A DNA stretch of 32,753 nucleotides from Arcanobacterium sp. (GTDB lineage: Bacteria; Actinomycetota; Actinomycetes; Actinomycetales; Actinomycetaceae): the NCBI GenBank assembly GCA_034173665.1, contig JAXFDG010000192.1:1-32753 (forward strand), read 5' to 3'. The translations under genes were made by a program, and so were the position numbers. Below are positions 1 to 8,208 of this stretch, one piece after another. Within the stretch, counting starts at the first letter, position 1. Each line of letters starts with the position of its first letter. Under the pieces are notes generated by a model. That model was not told where the DNA came from. It searched no databases and was given only the letters and a program-made list of their open reading frames with translations.

Positions 1-728
1 TTGGAAAAATTCTGCAACTCCGGAAAAACAATAACTCTGAATTTCCCACATCACTACTACCCACCGGCGCTGGATTACTTCGTTCTTTAAAAGATGCCTT
101 CCCACTTTTCCTGCGCACGGTATCATTGCGCGGAGCACTACTGCTCCAAATCTTCGCAGCAACCTCTTTAGGAACTATTGCACTCGCAAGTAACCAAATA
201 ATTATGGCGCTTTGGAATTTCGCCGCATATGGTCTCGATGCTCTCGCCACTGCCGCACAAATACTAGTAGGGCAAGGATTGGGGCGAAAAAATAAAACTG
301 TAGTTCGAATGGTTTTAAATAGATGCCTCAGATGGGGATTTTGGTTCGGAGTTCTAACAGGGATTTCCTTCCTTTTAATATCTACATTTGTTCCACATTT
401 AATGTCTACAGATGACGACGTGCGTTCACTTTCTCAGCAGATTCTCTGGATTTGCGGAATTTTGCTACCCATTGCCGCTATTACTTATATGCTCGACGGC
501 GTATTAATCGGTGCCGGTGATTCACAAAAATTAGCAAAATATATGCTGTATTCATTTTTCTCCTTTCTTCCGCTTGCACTTGGAATCACCTACTTCGCAC
601 CTAGCCTTGGATTCTTCGGAATGCACTTCCTCTGGATTTCTTATGGATTAGTTTTTATGGGGGTACGTGCCGGGACAATGTTATGGCGGATTCGTGGTGA
701 AGAATGGATGATTCAGAAAAATACCTAG
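1..728 (+). CDS. MATE family efflux transporter (DinF-like), 5'-truncated by the window edge
   Basis: Frame is open from base 3 (GKILQLRK...DAFPLFLRTVSLRGALL), so 126 is not the real start. MATE motifs: LDALATAAQILVGQGLG and LDGVLIGAGD; several TM segments. Confidence 0.85.
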   Translation, partial: GKILQLRKNNNSEFPTSLLPTGAGLLRSLKDAFPLFLRTVSLRGALLLQIFAATSLGTIALASNQIIMALWNFAAYGLDALATAAQILVGQGLGRKNKTVVRMVLNRCLRWGFWFGVLTGISFLLISTFVPHLMSTDDDVRSLSQQILWICGILLPIAAITYMLDGVLIGAGDSQKLAKYMLYSFFSFLPLALGITYFAPSLGFFGMHFLWISYGLVFMGVRAGTMLWRIRGEEWMIQKNT

Positions 729-771
729 TACTCTGATTCCCATATTCGCTGCGAATTATTGGTTCACGCGT

Positions 772-783
772 TAGCATAGAGTC
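772..783 (+). promoter_or_regulatory. Putative -10 element of a leaderless transcript for the kstD-like gene
   Basis: TAGCAT (772-777) lies 6 nt before ATG 784 and there is no Shine-Dalgarno. This is the usual actinobacterial leaderless layout. Confidence 0.5.
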
Positions 784-2529
784 ATGACTGCTTATGATGC
801 TCCAAGCAAAGATGCTTATGATGTTATTGTTGCTGGCTCCGGCGCTGCTGGACTAACGGCAGCGCTTACTGCTGCACGCCGTGGACTAACGGTTCTTCTT
901 GTTGAAAAAGATAGCCATTGGGGTGGATCTACTTCAAAATCTGCCGGAATGGTTTGGGTACCAGGAAATAATCAGCTCGCACAAGTGGGGAAAACTGATT
1001 CGACAGAACTTGGTAAACAATATCTAAAAGCTACTATTGGTGACTGCACTTCAGATGAAATGATTGATGCTTTCCTTGAAGAAGGCAAGAAAGCAATTGA
1101 TTTTATTACAGCCTCTTGTAAGCATTTAGTCTGGCGAAATATGGAAGGATACCCAGACTATTGGCTTGATGCTCCTGGAGCAGCAAAAACTGGGCGCGGA
1201 ATTGAAGCCGGTGCTTTCGACACTCGACTTCTTGGAGAATGGGAAGAAACACATGTCAAGGCATATTTCCGCCCAGCAATTAAATTGGATTTAAATTCTT
1301 TTGATTCTGCAGACTTACTCCTTTTCATGACCAATCCAAAACCACTAATTCGCGGCGCAAAACTTACTGTGCGTAATATTTTGCAAAAACTCCGTGGAGA
1401 AAAAGTCGTTACTATGGGTGCGGCTTTAACAGGTGCGTTGATGCATGCTTGCCTTGAAGCAGGAGTAGAAGTAAAGCTTAAAACAGCAATTACAGACCTC
1501 ACTCGTCAAGGTTCACGTATTTCCGGGGTTGTGTTAAAACAAAACGGAAAAGATATTGCCGTTGCCGCAAATCATGGAGTCATTCTCGGATGCGGTGGTT
1601 TTGAACGTAATGGGGAAATGCGGCAAAAGTATCAGCGTGCTCCAATTAATGGAACTTGGACTGTTGGTGCTGAAGGAAATACTGGAGACGGTATTAATAT
1701 CGGCTTAAAGCATGGCGCAGCCATCGACAATATGGCCGACGCAATTTGGTCCCCCGTGATTAAACTACCAAAAACTAAGGGCTTCGAGTTTATTGTTATC
1801 GACGACGAAGAACGATTTATCGTCCCGGATCGTTCTCTCCCACACACTTTGATAGTTAACGGTTCTGGTAAGCGTTTTATGAACGAAGCTCTTCCTTACT
1901 GTACAGCTGGTCAAGGTTTGTATGGCGGACACTTTGGCAAAGGTGAAGGAGAAGCTGAAAATCTCCCAGCTTGGTTAATCTTTGATCAACAATTCCGGAA
2001 TAAGTATATGTTTGCTTATGGCTATCTCCCCCGTGTTGAACTCCCGAAAGAATTCTACGAGTCCGGGGCCGTAATTAAACGTGACACAATTGAAGAATTA
2101 GCCGAAGCAATTGAAGTACCTGTAGAACAACTCCGTGAAACTATTAATCGATTTAACGGTTTTGCAAGAAATGGTATCGATGAAGATTTCCATCGCGGTG
2201 AAGATGAACACGATCGTTTCTATGGAAATCGTTACCACAAGCCGAACCCTTCTTTGGGAGAAGTTAAGAAAGGTCCTTTCTACGCAACTCGTGTTTATCC
2301 AGGAGATATCGGTACCGCTGGCGGACTCGTAATCGATGAAAAGGCTCGAGTCACTCGTGAAGACGGAACAGTTATCGAAGGGCTCTATGCAGCAGGAAAT
2401 ACTACTAAATCAGTGGTCGGCCATACCTATACCGCAGGTGGAACCTCTATCGGAGCCGCAATCGTATTTGGGCACATTGCAGCAAATACTATCGCTGACC
2501 AACTACCTCCGACCATGGTCGCTCATTAA
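784..2529 (+). CDS. kstD: FAD-dependent 3-ketosteroid delta-1-dehydrogenase-like protein (FAD_binding_2 family)
   Basis: N-terminal FAD motif GSGAAG...VEK...GGSTS. KstD-type segments: YPDY, RQKYQRAPINGTWTVGAEGNTGDG, GKRFMNEALPY, ENLPAWLIFDQ, DFHRGE...KPNPSLG, PGDIGTAGG, GLYAAGN...GHTY. These closely resemble mycobacterial/rhodococcal KstD as recalled; substrate unverified. Confidence 0.75.
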   Translation: MTAYDAPSKDAYDVIVAGSGAAGLTAALTAARRGLTVLLVEKDSHWGGSTSKSAGMVWVPGNNQLAQVGKTDSTELGKQYLKATIGDCTSDEMIDAFLEEGKKAIDFITASCKHLVWRNMEGYPDYWLDAPGAAKTGRGIEAGAFDTRLLGEWEETHVKAYFRPAIKLDLNSFDSADLLLFMTNPKPLIRGAKLTVRNILQKLRGEKVVTMGAALTGALMHACLEAGVEVKLKTAITDLTRQGSRISGVVLKQNGKDIAVAANHGVILGCGGFERNGEMRQKYQRAPINGTWTVGAEGNTGDGINIGLKHGAAIDNMADAIWSPVIKLPKTKGFEFIVIDDEERFIVPDRSLPHTLIVNGSGKRFMNEALPYCTAGQGLYGGHFGKGEGEAENLPAWLIFDQQFRNKYMFAYGYLPRVELPKEFYESGAVIKRDTIEELAEAIEVPVEQLRETINRFNGFARNGIDEDFHRGEDEHDRFYGNRYHKPNPSLGEVKKGPFYATRVYPGDIGTAGGLVIDEKARVTREDGTVIEGLYAAGNTTKSVVGHTYTAGGTSIGAAIVFGHIAANTIADQLPPTMVAH

Positions 2530-2534
2530 AATAG

Positions 2535-2572
2535 CTTTGGTTAAAACTTCACCAATTCAGTTTTAACCAAAG
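2535..2572 (+). terminator. Stem-loop after kstD, probable terminator
   Basis: Perfect 14-bp inverted repeat CTTTGGTTAAAACT / AGTTTTAACCAAAG with a 10-nt loop, 5 nt after the stop. Confidence 0.6.
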
Positions 2573-2573
2573 T

Positions 2574-2630
2574 AAGCAAAATTATAGAATTGTGGGTGGA
2601 AAGTATTGCTTTCCACCCACAACTCTATAA
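2574..2630 (-). terminator. Intrinsic terminator of the rpsF-ssb-rpsR-rplI operon
   Basis: 22-bp stem (2582-2603 / 2609-2630). Its single mismatch is a G-U pair on the minus strand, and it is followed by TTTTGCTT. Confidence 0.8.
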
Positions 2631-2644
2631 GCAGTTAAAATAAC

Positions 2645-3094
2645 TTACTTTGCAGCAACAACGGAAATCTTTACAGCTGCAGAGATTTCGTCATGAAGCT
2701 GAACAACACCGGTATATTCACCAACCGACTTAATCGTCGAATTAAGGTTTACTGCACGGCGATCAATTGCCTTGCCGGATACTGCAGAAGCAGCTTCTGC
2801 AACATCCTTGGTGGTTACAGCACCAAAGAGGCGTCCGTTATCACCAGCGGTCTTTGCAATTTCAAGAACTGCTGCTTCAAGCACATCGCGAGTTTCACGA
2901 GCAGATTCAAGATCTTCAGTTGCGCGCTTACGACGCGATTCTGCAATCTGATCAATCTGCTTCTGTGCACCCTTAGTCCATGCAACTGCGTAGCCACGTG
3001 GAATAAGGTAATTACGACCGTAGCCGTCCTTTACTTCAACAACTTCACCTGCGGTGCCCAGGCCCTTTACTTCGTGAGTGAGGATAATCTTCAT
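2645..3094 (-). CDS. rplI: 50S ribosomal protein bL9
   Basis: MKIILTHEVKGLG...VEVKDGYGRNYLIP; RLFGAVT. Confidence 0.98.
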   Translation of the reverse strand: MKIILTHEVKGLGTAGEVVEVKDGYGRNYLIPRGYAVAWTKGAQKQIDQIAESRRKRATEDLESARETRDVLEAAVLEIAKTAGDNGRLFGAVTTKDVAEAASAVSGKAIDRRAVNLNSTIKSVGEYTGVVQLHDEISAAVKISVVAAK

Positions 3095-3109
3095 CAGGTA
3101 ATCCTCCTA

Positions 3110-3346
3110 TCAGCGAGCAGAGCTCGAGTAAGGGAGCAATGCCATTTCGCGTGCATTCTTTACTGCACGAGCAATCTGACGCTGTTCCTGTACGCTTACA
3201 CCGGTTACACGACGAGCACGAATCTTGCCGCGGTCGGAGATGAACTTACGCAATGTTGCGGTATCTTTGTAGTCGATTACCTCGACTTTGGCCGACTTTA
3301 ATGGGTTGGCCTTCTTCTTTGGCTTGCGCAATACTGGCTTTGCCAT
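3110..3346 (-). CDS. rpsR: 30S ribosomal protein bS18, cysteine-free (C-minus) type
   Basis: IDYKD...[18 protein letters not shown]...AREMALLPY. Start corrected to ATG 3346, which has GAGGAAG upstream. Confidence 0.97.
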   Translation of the reverse strand: MAKPVLRKPKKKANPLKSAKVEVIDYKDTATLRKFISDRGKIRARRVTGVSVQEQRQIARAVKNAREMALLPYSSSAR

Positions 3347-3427
3347 TTTTCTTCCTCTTTCAATCAAGCTGTGCAAATTTTGAAAATATTTTTTCAAAAT
3401 CAACACGAAAAGTCTGGTGATGCTGCT

Positions 3428-3931
3428 TTAAAACTGTGGTGGATCATCAAAAGCTGATGCTGGAGCATTTACTGCCCAAGGATCATGCATTGCTCCACCA
3501 CTTGGAGCATCGTATGAGGCCTGGCCACGAGAGGCTTGGCCTTGATTGAAGCCATTTCCGGAGCCGCCTGTAGCTCGGGTTACCGAAGCTTTAGCGAAAC
3601 GGAGAGCTGGACCAACTTCTTCTACTTCCATTTCAATAGAAGTTCCTTGGCTGCCATCATTACGTTGATATGAACGCACCTTCAAACGGCCATGAACAAT
3701 TACGCGAGTGCCTTTAGTCAAAGACTCAGCAATATTCTCTGCATAATTTCCCCACACAGACCCGCGCACAAACATACTTTCGCCGTCTTCCCATTCGTTA
3801 GTTTGACGATTCAAAGTACGAGGGGTGGAAACTACCGTAAAGTTTGCTACAGCACGTCCGGTAGAGGTGTAGTTCAATTCTGGATCAGCAACAAGATTGC
3901 CGATTACGGTTACAGTTGGTTCGCCCGCCAT
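3428..3931 (-). CDS. ssb: Single-stranded DNA-binding protein
   Basis: OB fold ([32 protein letters not shown]), Gly-rich linker, acidic tail; lies between rpsF and rpsR. Confidence 0.97.
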   Translation of the reverse strand: MAGEPTVTVIGNLVADPELNYTSTGRAVANFTVVSTPRTLNRQTNEWEDGESMFVRGSVWGNYAENIAESLTKGTRVIVHGRLKVRSYQRNDGSQGTSIEMEVEEVGPALRFAKASVTRATGGSGNGFNQGQASRGQASYDAPSGGAMHDPWAVNAPASAFDDPPQF

Positions 3932-3953
3932 CAGTTTCTCCTTGAGCTTCTTC

Positions 3954-4256
3954 TCAGTCTTCTACTGGTACTGGTTCGAAACGAAGCAGCTTGGTACGCA
4001 AAACGGTCTCATTAAGACCGAGCTGGCGATCTAGTTCCTGAGCGGTGGCTGGAGTTGCGGTCATGTAAACCACTACGTAGACACCTTCAGACTTCTTCTT
4101 GATTTCGTAGGCGAGACGGCGCTTACCCATGATGTCAATCTTATCGAGTGAGCCACCTTCTGCAGGGACAACTGCGAGGAGCTTATCTAGATTGGTCTGG
4201 AGATTACGCTCGTCAACTTCTGGGTCGAGAATAATCATCATCTCGTACTGACGCAT
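3954..4256 (-). CDS. rpsF: 30S ribosomal protein bS6
   Basis: [12 protein letters not shown]...[11 protein letters not shown]...VLRTKL. Start corrected to ATG 4256, with AAGGAGGT upstream. Confidence 0.97.
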   Translation of the reverse strand: MRQYEMMIILDPEVDERNLQTNLDKLLAVVPAEGGSLDKIDIMGKRRLAYEIKKKSEGVYVVVYMTATPATAQELDRQLGLNETVLRTKLLRFEPVPVED

Positions 4257-4260
4257 GTAC

Positions 4261-4310
4261 ACCCACCTCCTTTGGTCTTTGCGGTCACGGTCTCTCCGTG
4301 ACAGGAGGGT
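4261..4310 (-). ncRNA. S6:S18 ribosomal-protein leader (cis-regulatory RNA)
   Basis: On the minus strand CCTCCT can pair with the SD AGGAGG, enclosing the hairpin GTCACGG-AGAGA-CCGTGAC with a CCG at its 3' base. This matches the known S6:S18-binding leader upstream of rpsF. Confidence 0.75.
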
Positions 4311-4455
4311 CATGCTTGTAAGGCATCTTCAACATTATGAAAACACAATACAGTTACTAATCTTAACCTATTCCAACCCTTATTGTTTAGCCTTAATTTA
4401 TTTATTTCACTGCGTTTTTCGACACAAGATAAATAATTAAGACAAGATTAAATGA

Positions 4456-6666
4456 TTAAGGTTGTGTTGCTTCGGTTCCACCACCTGTATCAGTGGTTGG
4501 AGGTTGAATCTCCTCTGGTGGTGTTGGAGTTGGAGTAGGCGTTGGTGTCGGGGTTGGTGTTGGTGTCGGAGTAGGCGTAGGTGTTGGAGTTACAGGTGTC
4601 TCTTCTTCCGTTGTTGGAGCTGGAGTTACAGGTGTCTCCTCCTCTGTTACCGGAGTTTCCGGAGTTTCTACTTCTGTCTCTGTATTTGTATCTGGAACAA
4701 CTGGTGTTGGTTGATTATTTGAAATCGACCCCGGATCGTATCCACTATTAGTCGGCCATTTGCCAAAATCCACTTTTTCAAACTTTTCCATTGCCTGCAG
4801 CATATATTCACGCCAAATTATTGTCGGGAAGAAATGTGATTCCGCAATCTTGTAGCCATTAACTTGACCGAGAATTTCTTCCCCGCCGTCGTCACCAATT
4901 TGGAAAATATCTACCGCAGTAATCATTTGTGGTGTGAACCCAATAAACCATGCTGATACTGGACCTGTTGAAGTTCCTGACTTGCCAGCATAAGTACGAT
5001 CCAAACTATGAGAAATGAACGAAGCTGTTCCACCTGATTTGAACGGTTCTTGTAAAGCAAGTGCCATCGCGTCAGCATCTTCTTGTGGAATAACTCGTAC
5101 GCGCTGAGAATCTGCTGAATAAATTACATTCCCTTTAGCATCTTTAATTTCTGCAACAACGTGTGGTGTTACTAAAAACCCGCCGTTAGCCACAGTCGCA
5201 TAAGCACGAGCCATTTCCTGAGGTGTAACTGAAGCAGAACCAAGAACATTTCCAACGTTTTCGTCTAAACCAGGAGTATCCTCACTGAGCCCTAATTTCA
5301 CCGCCATTGCTTTTGTATTTGCTGGCCCAATTTGTTCATTTAGTCGAATAAAACCAGTGTTTACCGAGTATTTCAAGAGTCCTGGAATATTCTGCTGGCC
5401 ATAAGAACGTAAATTATAATTACTAAAAGTATGATTTCCTACGGTATAACTAGTGGAAGAATTGAAATATTTATCAAAACTAATTCCCTGATTTAAAGCT
5501 TCAAGACTTGCAAAGAGCTTAAAAGTAGAACCGCCTTGTGCCCGATCTTGCGTGGCCGAATTACGTTGCCGTTGTAAATAATCAGGACCACCATACATTG
5601 CATAAACTGCACCGTCTGTAGGATTCATTGAATATAAACCAAAATTCATTCCTGCTGGGCGATCAGTTGGCACTTCTGCCATAGTCGCATTTGCTGCATC
5701 CTGCATCTCTTTATCAAAAGTGGTGATTACAGTGTACCCGCCACGATTTATTTCATCCTCAGAGAGTCCTGCAGAATCAACTAATTCATCACGCACACTC
5801 TGCAATAAATGACCATTCGGACCAGCGAAAGTATTTTTGATCTCCGGCACAATAGTCTCCGGTAAGTTTTCACTTATCGCGTCTGCATCTGCTTGAGTAA
5901 TCCACTCATCTTCGACCATTCTGCGGAGAACACGTTGATAACGTTGCAAGGCAATATCCGCATTTTTTGCTGGATCCCAGGCTGAAGGAGCAGGAACTAC
6001 AGCAGTTAATAGTGCAGATTCTGATAAAGATAAGTCTGATGCAGACTTTCCGAAATAAGCTTGAGCTGCCGCATCAACGCCATATGCTCCACGGCCAAAA
6101 TAAATCGTATTTAGATAGTTAGCCAAAATTTCGTCTTTTGACTGAGCATTATCAATCTTAATTGCCAATATTGCTTCTCGAATTTTACCAAGGTAATCAG
6201 TGGTCGTACCCATGTAGTATCGTTCTGCATATTGTTGCGTCAAAGTTGAACCACCTTGACGTGGTCCGCCTCGAAGATTATTAATCAACGCTCGCATAAT
6301 CGCAGTCGGTGAAATACCGCTATTGGTATAAAAAGACTTATCCTCTGAAGCCACAATAGCGTGCTGCATCTCTATCGGAATCTCGGAAAGCGGCACAATA
6401 TTTCGATTAACTTCCGAAATTCGACCAAGCTCTTCTGTTCCATCTGCATAATAAATCACTGTATTTTGGGATACTGCAAAATCATCAGGTTCGGGAACAT
6501 CAATCACAATATAAAGCACTAAAAAGGTTAATGCTCCAAGTGTAATAAACGAAAAGAATGACCCCAGCAGGAATCTCCAACTTGGAAGCCAGCGTTGAAT
6601 CTTACCTTTTCCTGCACGCGGATAATTAAATTTTTTCCGCTTTGTTTCCTGCTTCGGTTTAGCCAC
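4456..6666 (-). CDS. ponA: Class A penicillin-binding protein (transglycosylase/transpeptidase, PonA-like)
   Basis: N-terminal TM helix. Glycosyltransferase motifs SEDKSFY, GGSTLTQQ, YLNTIYFGRGAYG. Transpeptidase motifs STFK, SVN, KSGT. Pro/Thr-rich tail. Confidence 0.92.
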   Translation of the reverse strand: MAKPKQETKRKKFNYPRAGKGKIQRWLPSWRFLLGSFFSFITLGALTFLVLYIVIDVPEPDDFAVSQNTVIYYADGTEELGRISEVNRNIVPLSEIPIEMQHAIVASEDKSFYTNSGISPTAIMRALINNLRGGPRQGGSTLTQQYAERYYMGTTTDYLGKIREAILAIKIDNAQSKDEILANYLNTIYFGRGAYGVDAAAQAYFGKSASDLSLSESALLTAVVPAPSAWDPAKNADIALQRYQRVLRRMVEDEWITQADADAISENLPETIVPEIKNTFAGPNGHLLQSVRDELVDSAGLSEDEINRGGYTVITTFDKEMQDAANATMAEVPTDRPAGMNFGLYSMNPTDGAVYAMYGGPDYLQRQRNSATQDRAQGGSTFKLFASLEALNQGISFDKYFNSSTSYTVGNHTFSNYNLRSYGQQNIPGLLKYSVNTGFIRLNEQIGPANTKAMAVKLGLSEDTPGLDENVGNVLGSASVTPQEMARAYATVANGGFLVTPHVVAEIKDAKGNVIYSADSQRVRVIPQEDADAMALALQEPFKSGGTASFISHSLDRTYAGKSGTSTGPVSAWFIGFTPQMITAVDIFQIGDDGGEEILGQVNGYKIAESHFFPTIIWREYMLQAMEKFEKVDFGKWPTNSGYDPGSISNNQPTPVVPDTNTETEVETPETPVTEEETPVTPAPTTEEETPVTPTPTPTPTPTPTPTPTPTPTPTPPEEIQPPTTDTGGGTEATQP
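4519..4590 (-). repeat. 12x Thr-Pro dipeptide repeat in the PBP tail
   Basis: 72 bp of 6-bp period with varied synonymous codons, preceded in the protein by a duplicated TEEETPVTP unit. Confidence 0.9.
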
Positions 6667-6668
6667 AA

Positions 6669-8042
6669 CTACTCCTTCGGCTCAGTTCGATTTCCGCGGA
6701 TTTTTGTTACTGTGCTACGTATATCCGACTTTCCAAATTTCCTAATTCTTGCTGAAATTTTCCTGAGATTTCGGTTTGAATTTCCAATATTTGGAAGATG
6801 ACTATTAATAGTTTCAAAAGTTCCTGTCAGACGCGGTTCTTCTAGTTTTTGATAAATATCGACGTCGTAGCGACCTTCAATTTGCCGCTGGCGAAGATCT
6901 TTTTCAGATATTAAGAAAACATCTAACCAACGTGTTCTCGGGTCTGCATCAACTAATAAAGCTTTAAAGAACAATGTTAACGGTACCGCCAAAATTGAAC
7001 CTAAAATACCGACAATGCTTGTCCAAACAACAAGAGAGATAAAAGTTACTGTAGGCGAAAGTCCGACGACGTCACCGGTAAATTTTGGTTGCACAAAAGT
7101 CTGAATCACAACATTAATTACCGAATATAAAACCATTACCCAAAGCATTGCTTGCCATCCTTGATCAAGTAATGCCATTAACATTGGTGGAAGTACGCCG
7201 ATAATGAAGCCAATATTCGGGATATAGTTCGTCACAAAAGCCCAGATTCCCCAAGTCCAAGCCAAGGGAATTGCTAGCATCTGCAGAGCAATAACATCAA
7301 CAACTGCCACAATTAATCCGAAGACCGTAGAAATAATCCAGTAAGCACGAACTCTTTTCTCAAAACCTTCAAGTGCAATCGCGAGGTTTGAATGCCAGCG
7401 GCGTGAAACTTCAGCTCGTGCTTTCATTGTGGCTGTATCAAGAGTGATAAAGAACAATGCAACCACAACAATCGCAAGTAATCCACCGATTCGAGAAAAT
7501 TGATCTACGAAATTAAATGCGAAGGTAATAATAGTGTTGTAATCAATATTGCTAAGCAATTTTGAAACATCTAAAGACTGTAAATTATTTTCCTTTAAAA
7601 AGTGGCTTAGAGCCGCTACTGTTTCTCTAAATCGGCCTGAATAATTCATCAGTGTTACCGGAACCGGCGTAAAAGACCACACAACAAGTGAAACAATACC
7701 CACAAAAACTACAATTAACACCGAAAATGTTGTGGTGATTGCAAACCAAATTGGTAATCCACGTTTGACCATTCCGCGGCCAATTGGCCGGAAAGCAAGC
7801 ACTAAAGTCAAACCTAAGAAAAACGGGGCAAATACACCCTGCACAAAATGTAACCCAGTAAAAGCAATGGTCATCAAAGAAATGACCGCCAAAATCACCA
7901 AGCCTACTGGCACATGACGATCAAGGCCGATTGTAATATCTCGCGGTGGAAGGTTCTCACCATTAAGTTCGGCCTCAATAAGATGTTGCTCCACTTCCAG
8001 CTCGGCGCTACGCTCAGGACTCTCATTAGACGTTTCGCTCAT
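6669..8042 (-). CDS. AI-2E family transporter
   Basis: Motifs FVTNYIPNIG, QTFVQPKFTGDVVGLSP, GILGSILAVPL; many TM helices. Confidence 0.88.
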   Translation of the reverse strand: MSETSNESPERSAELEVEQHLIEAELNGENLPPRDITIGLDRHVPVGLVILAVISLMTIAFTGLHFVQGVFAPFFLGLTLVLAFRPIGRGMVKRGLPIWFAITTTFSVLIVVFVGIVSLVVWSFTPVPVTLMNYSGRFRETVAALSHFLKENNLQSLDVSKLLSNIDYNTIITFAFNFVDQFSRIGGLLAIVVVALFFITLDTATMKARAEVSRRWHSNLAIALEGFEKRVRAYWIISTVFGLIVAVVDVIALQMLAIPLAWTWGIWAFVTNYIPNIGFIIGVLPPMLMALLDQGWQAMLWVMVLYSVINVVIQTFVQPKFTGDVVGLSPTVTFISLVVWTSIVGILGSILAVPLTLFFKALLVDADPRTRWLDVFLISEKDLRQRQIEGRYDVDIYQKLEEPRLTGTFETINSHLPNIGNSNRNLRKISARIRKFGKSDIRSTVTKIRGNRTEPKE

Positions 8043-8208
8043 CTTGACCCTCCAGCGTTATGACTACCAAAATACAAATTCATAATTCCTTTTACTTTGC
8101 CGAAAACATTCAGTTCAAGAATGCTATTGCAAGTTATATCTCTAGCTTACTTGCCTAAGTGTATAAATTTCGACATCTCTAGCCTAACGAGAATACTTTC
8201 TCATAGGC

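Noticed and set aside
1-2529. MATE plus kstD as a steroid-modification and efflux operon
   Set aside because: A MATE gene near rplI is a common actinobacterial arrangement and kstD appears to have its own promoter; adjacency alone is not evidence.
2693-3301. 202-aa plus-strand ORF antisense to rplI/rpsR
   Set aside because: Shadow ORF of highly biased ribosomal genes; no recognisable motif or RBS.
4519-4590. TP repeat as a phase-variation or CRISPR-like array
   Set aside because: In-frame, synonymously diversified 6-bp units with no spacers; an ordinary Pro/Thr linker.
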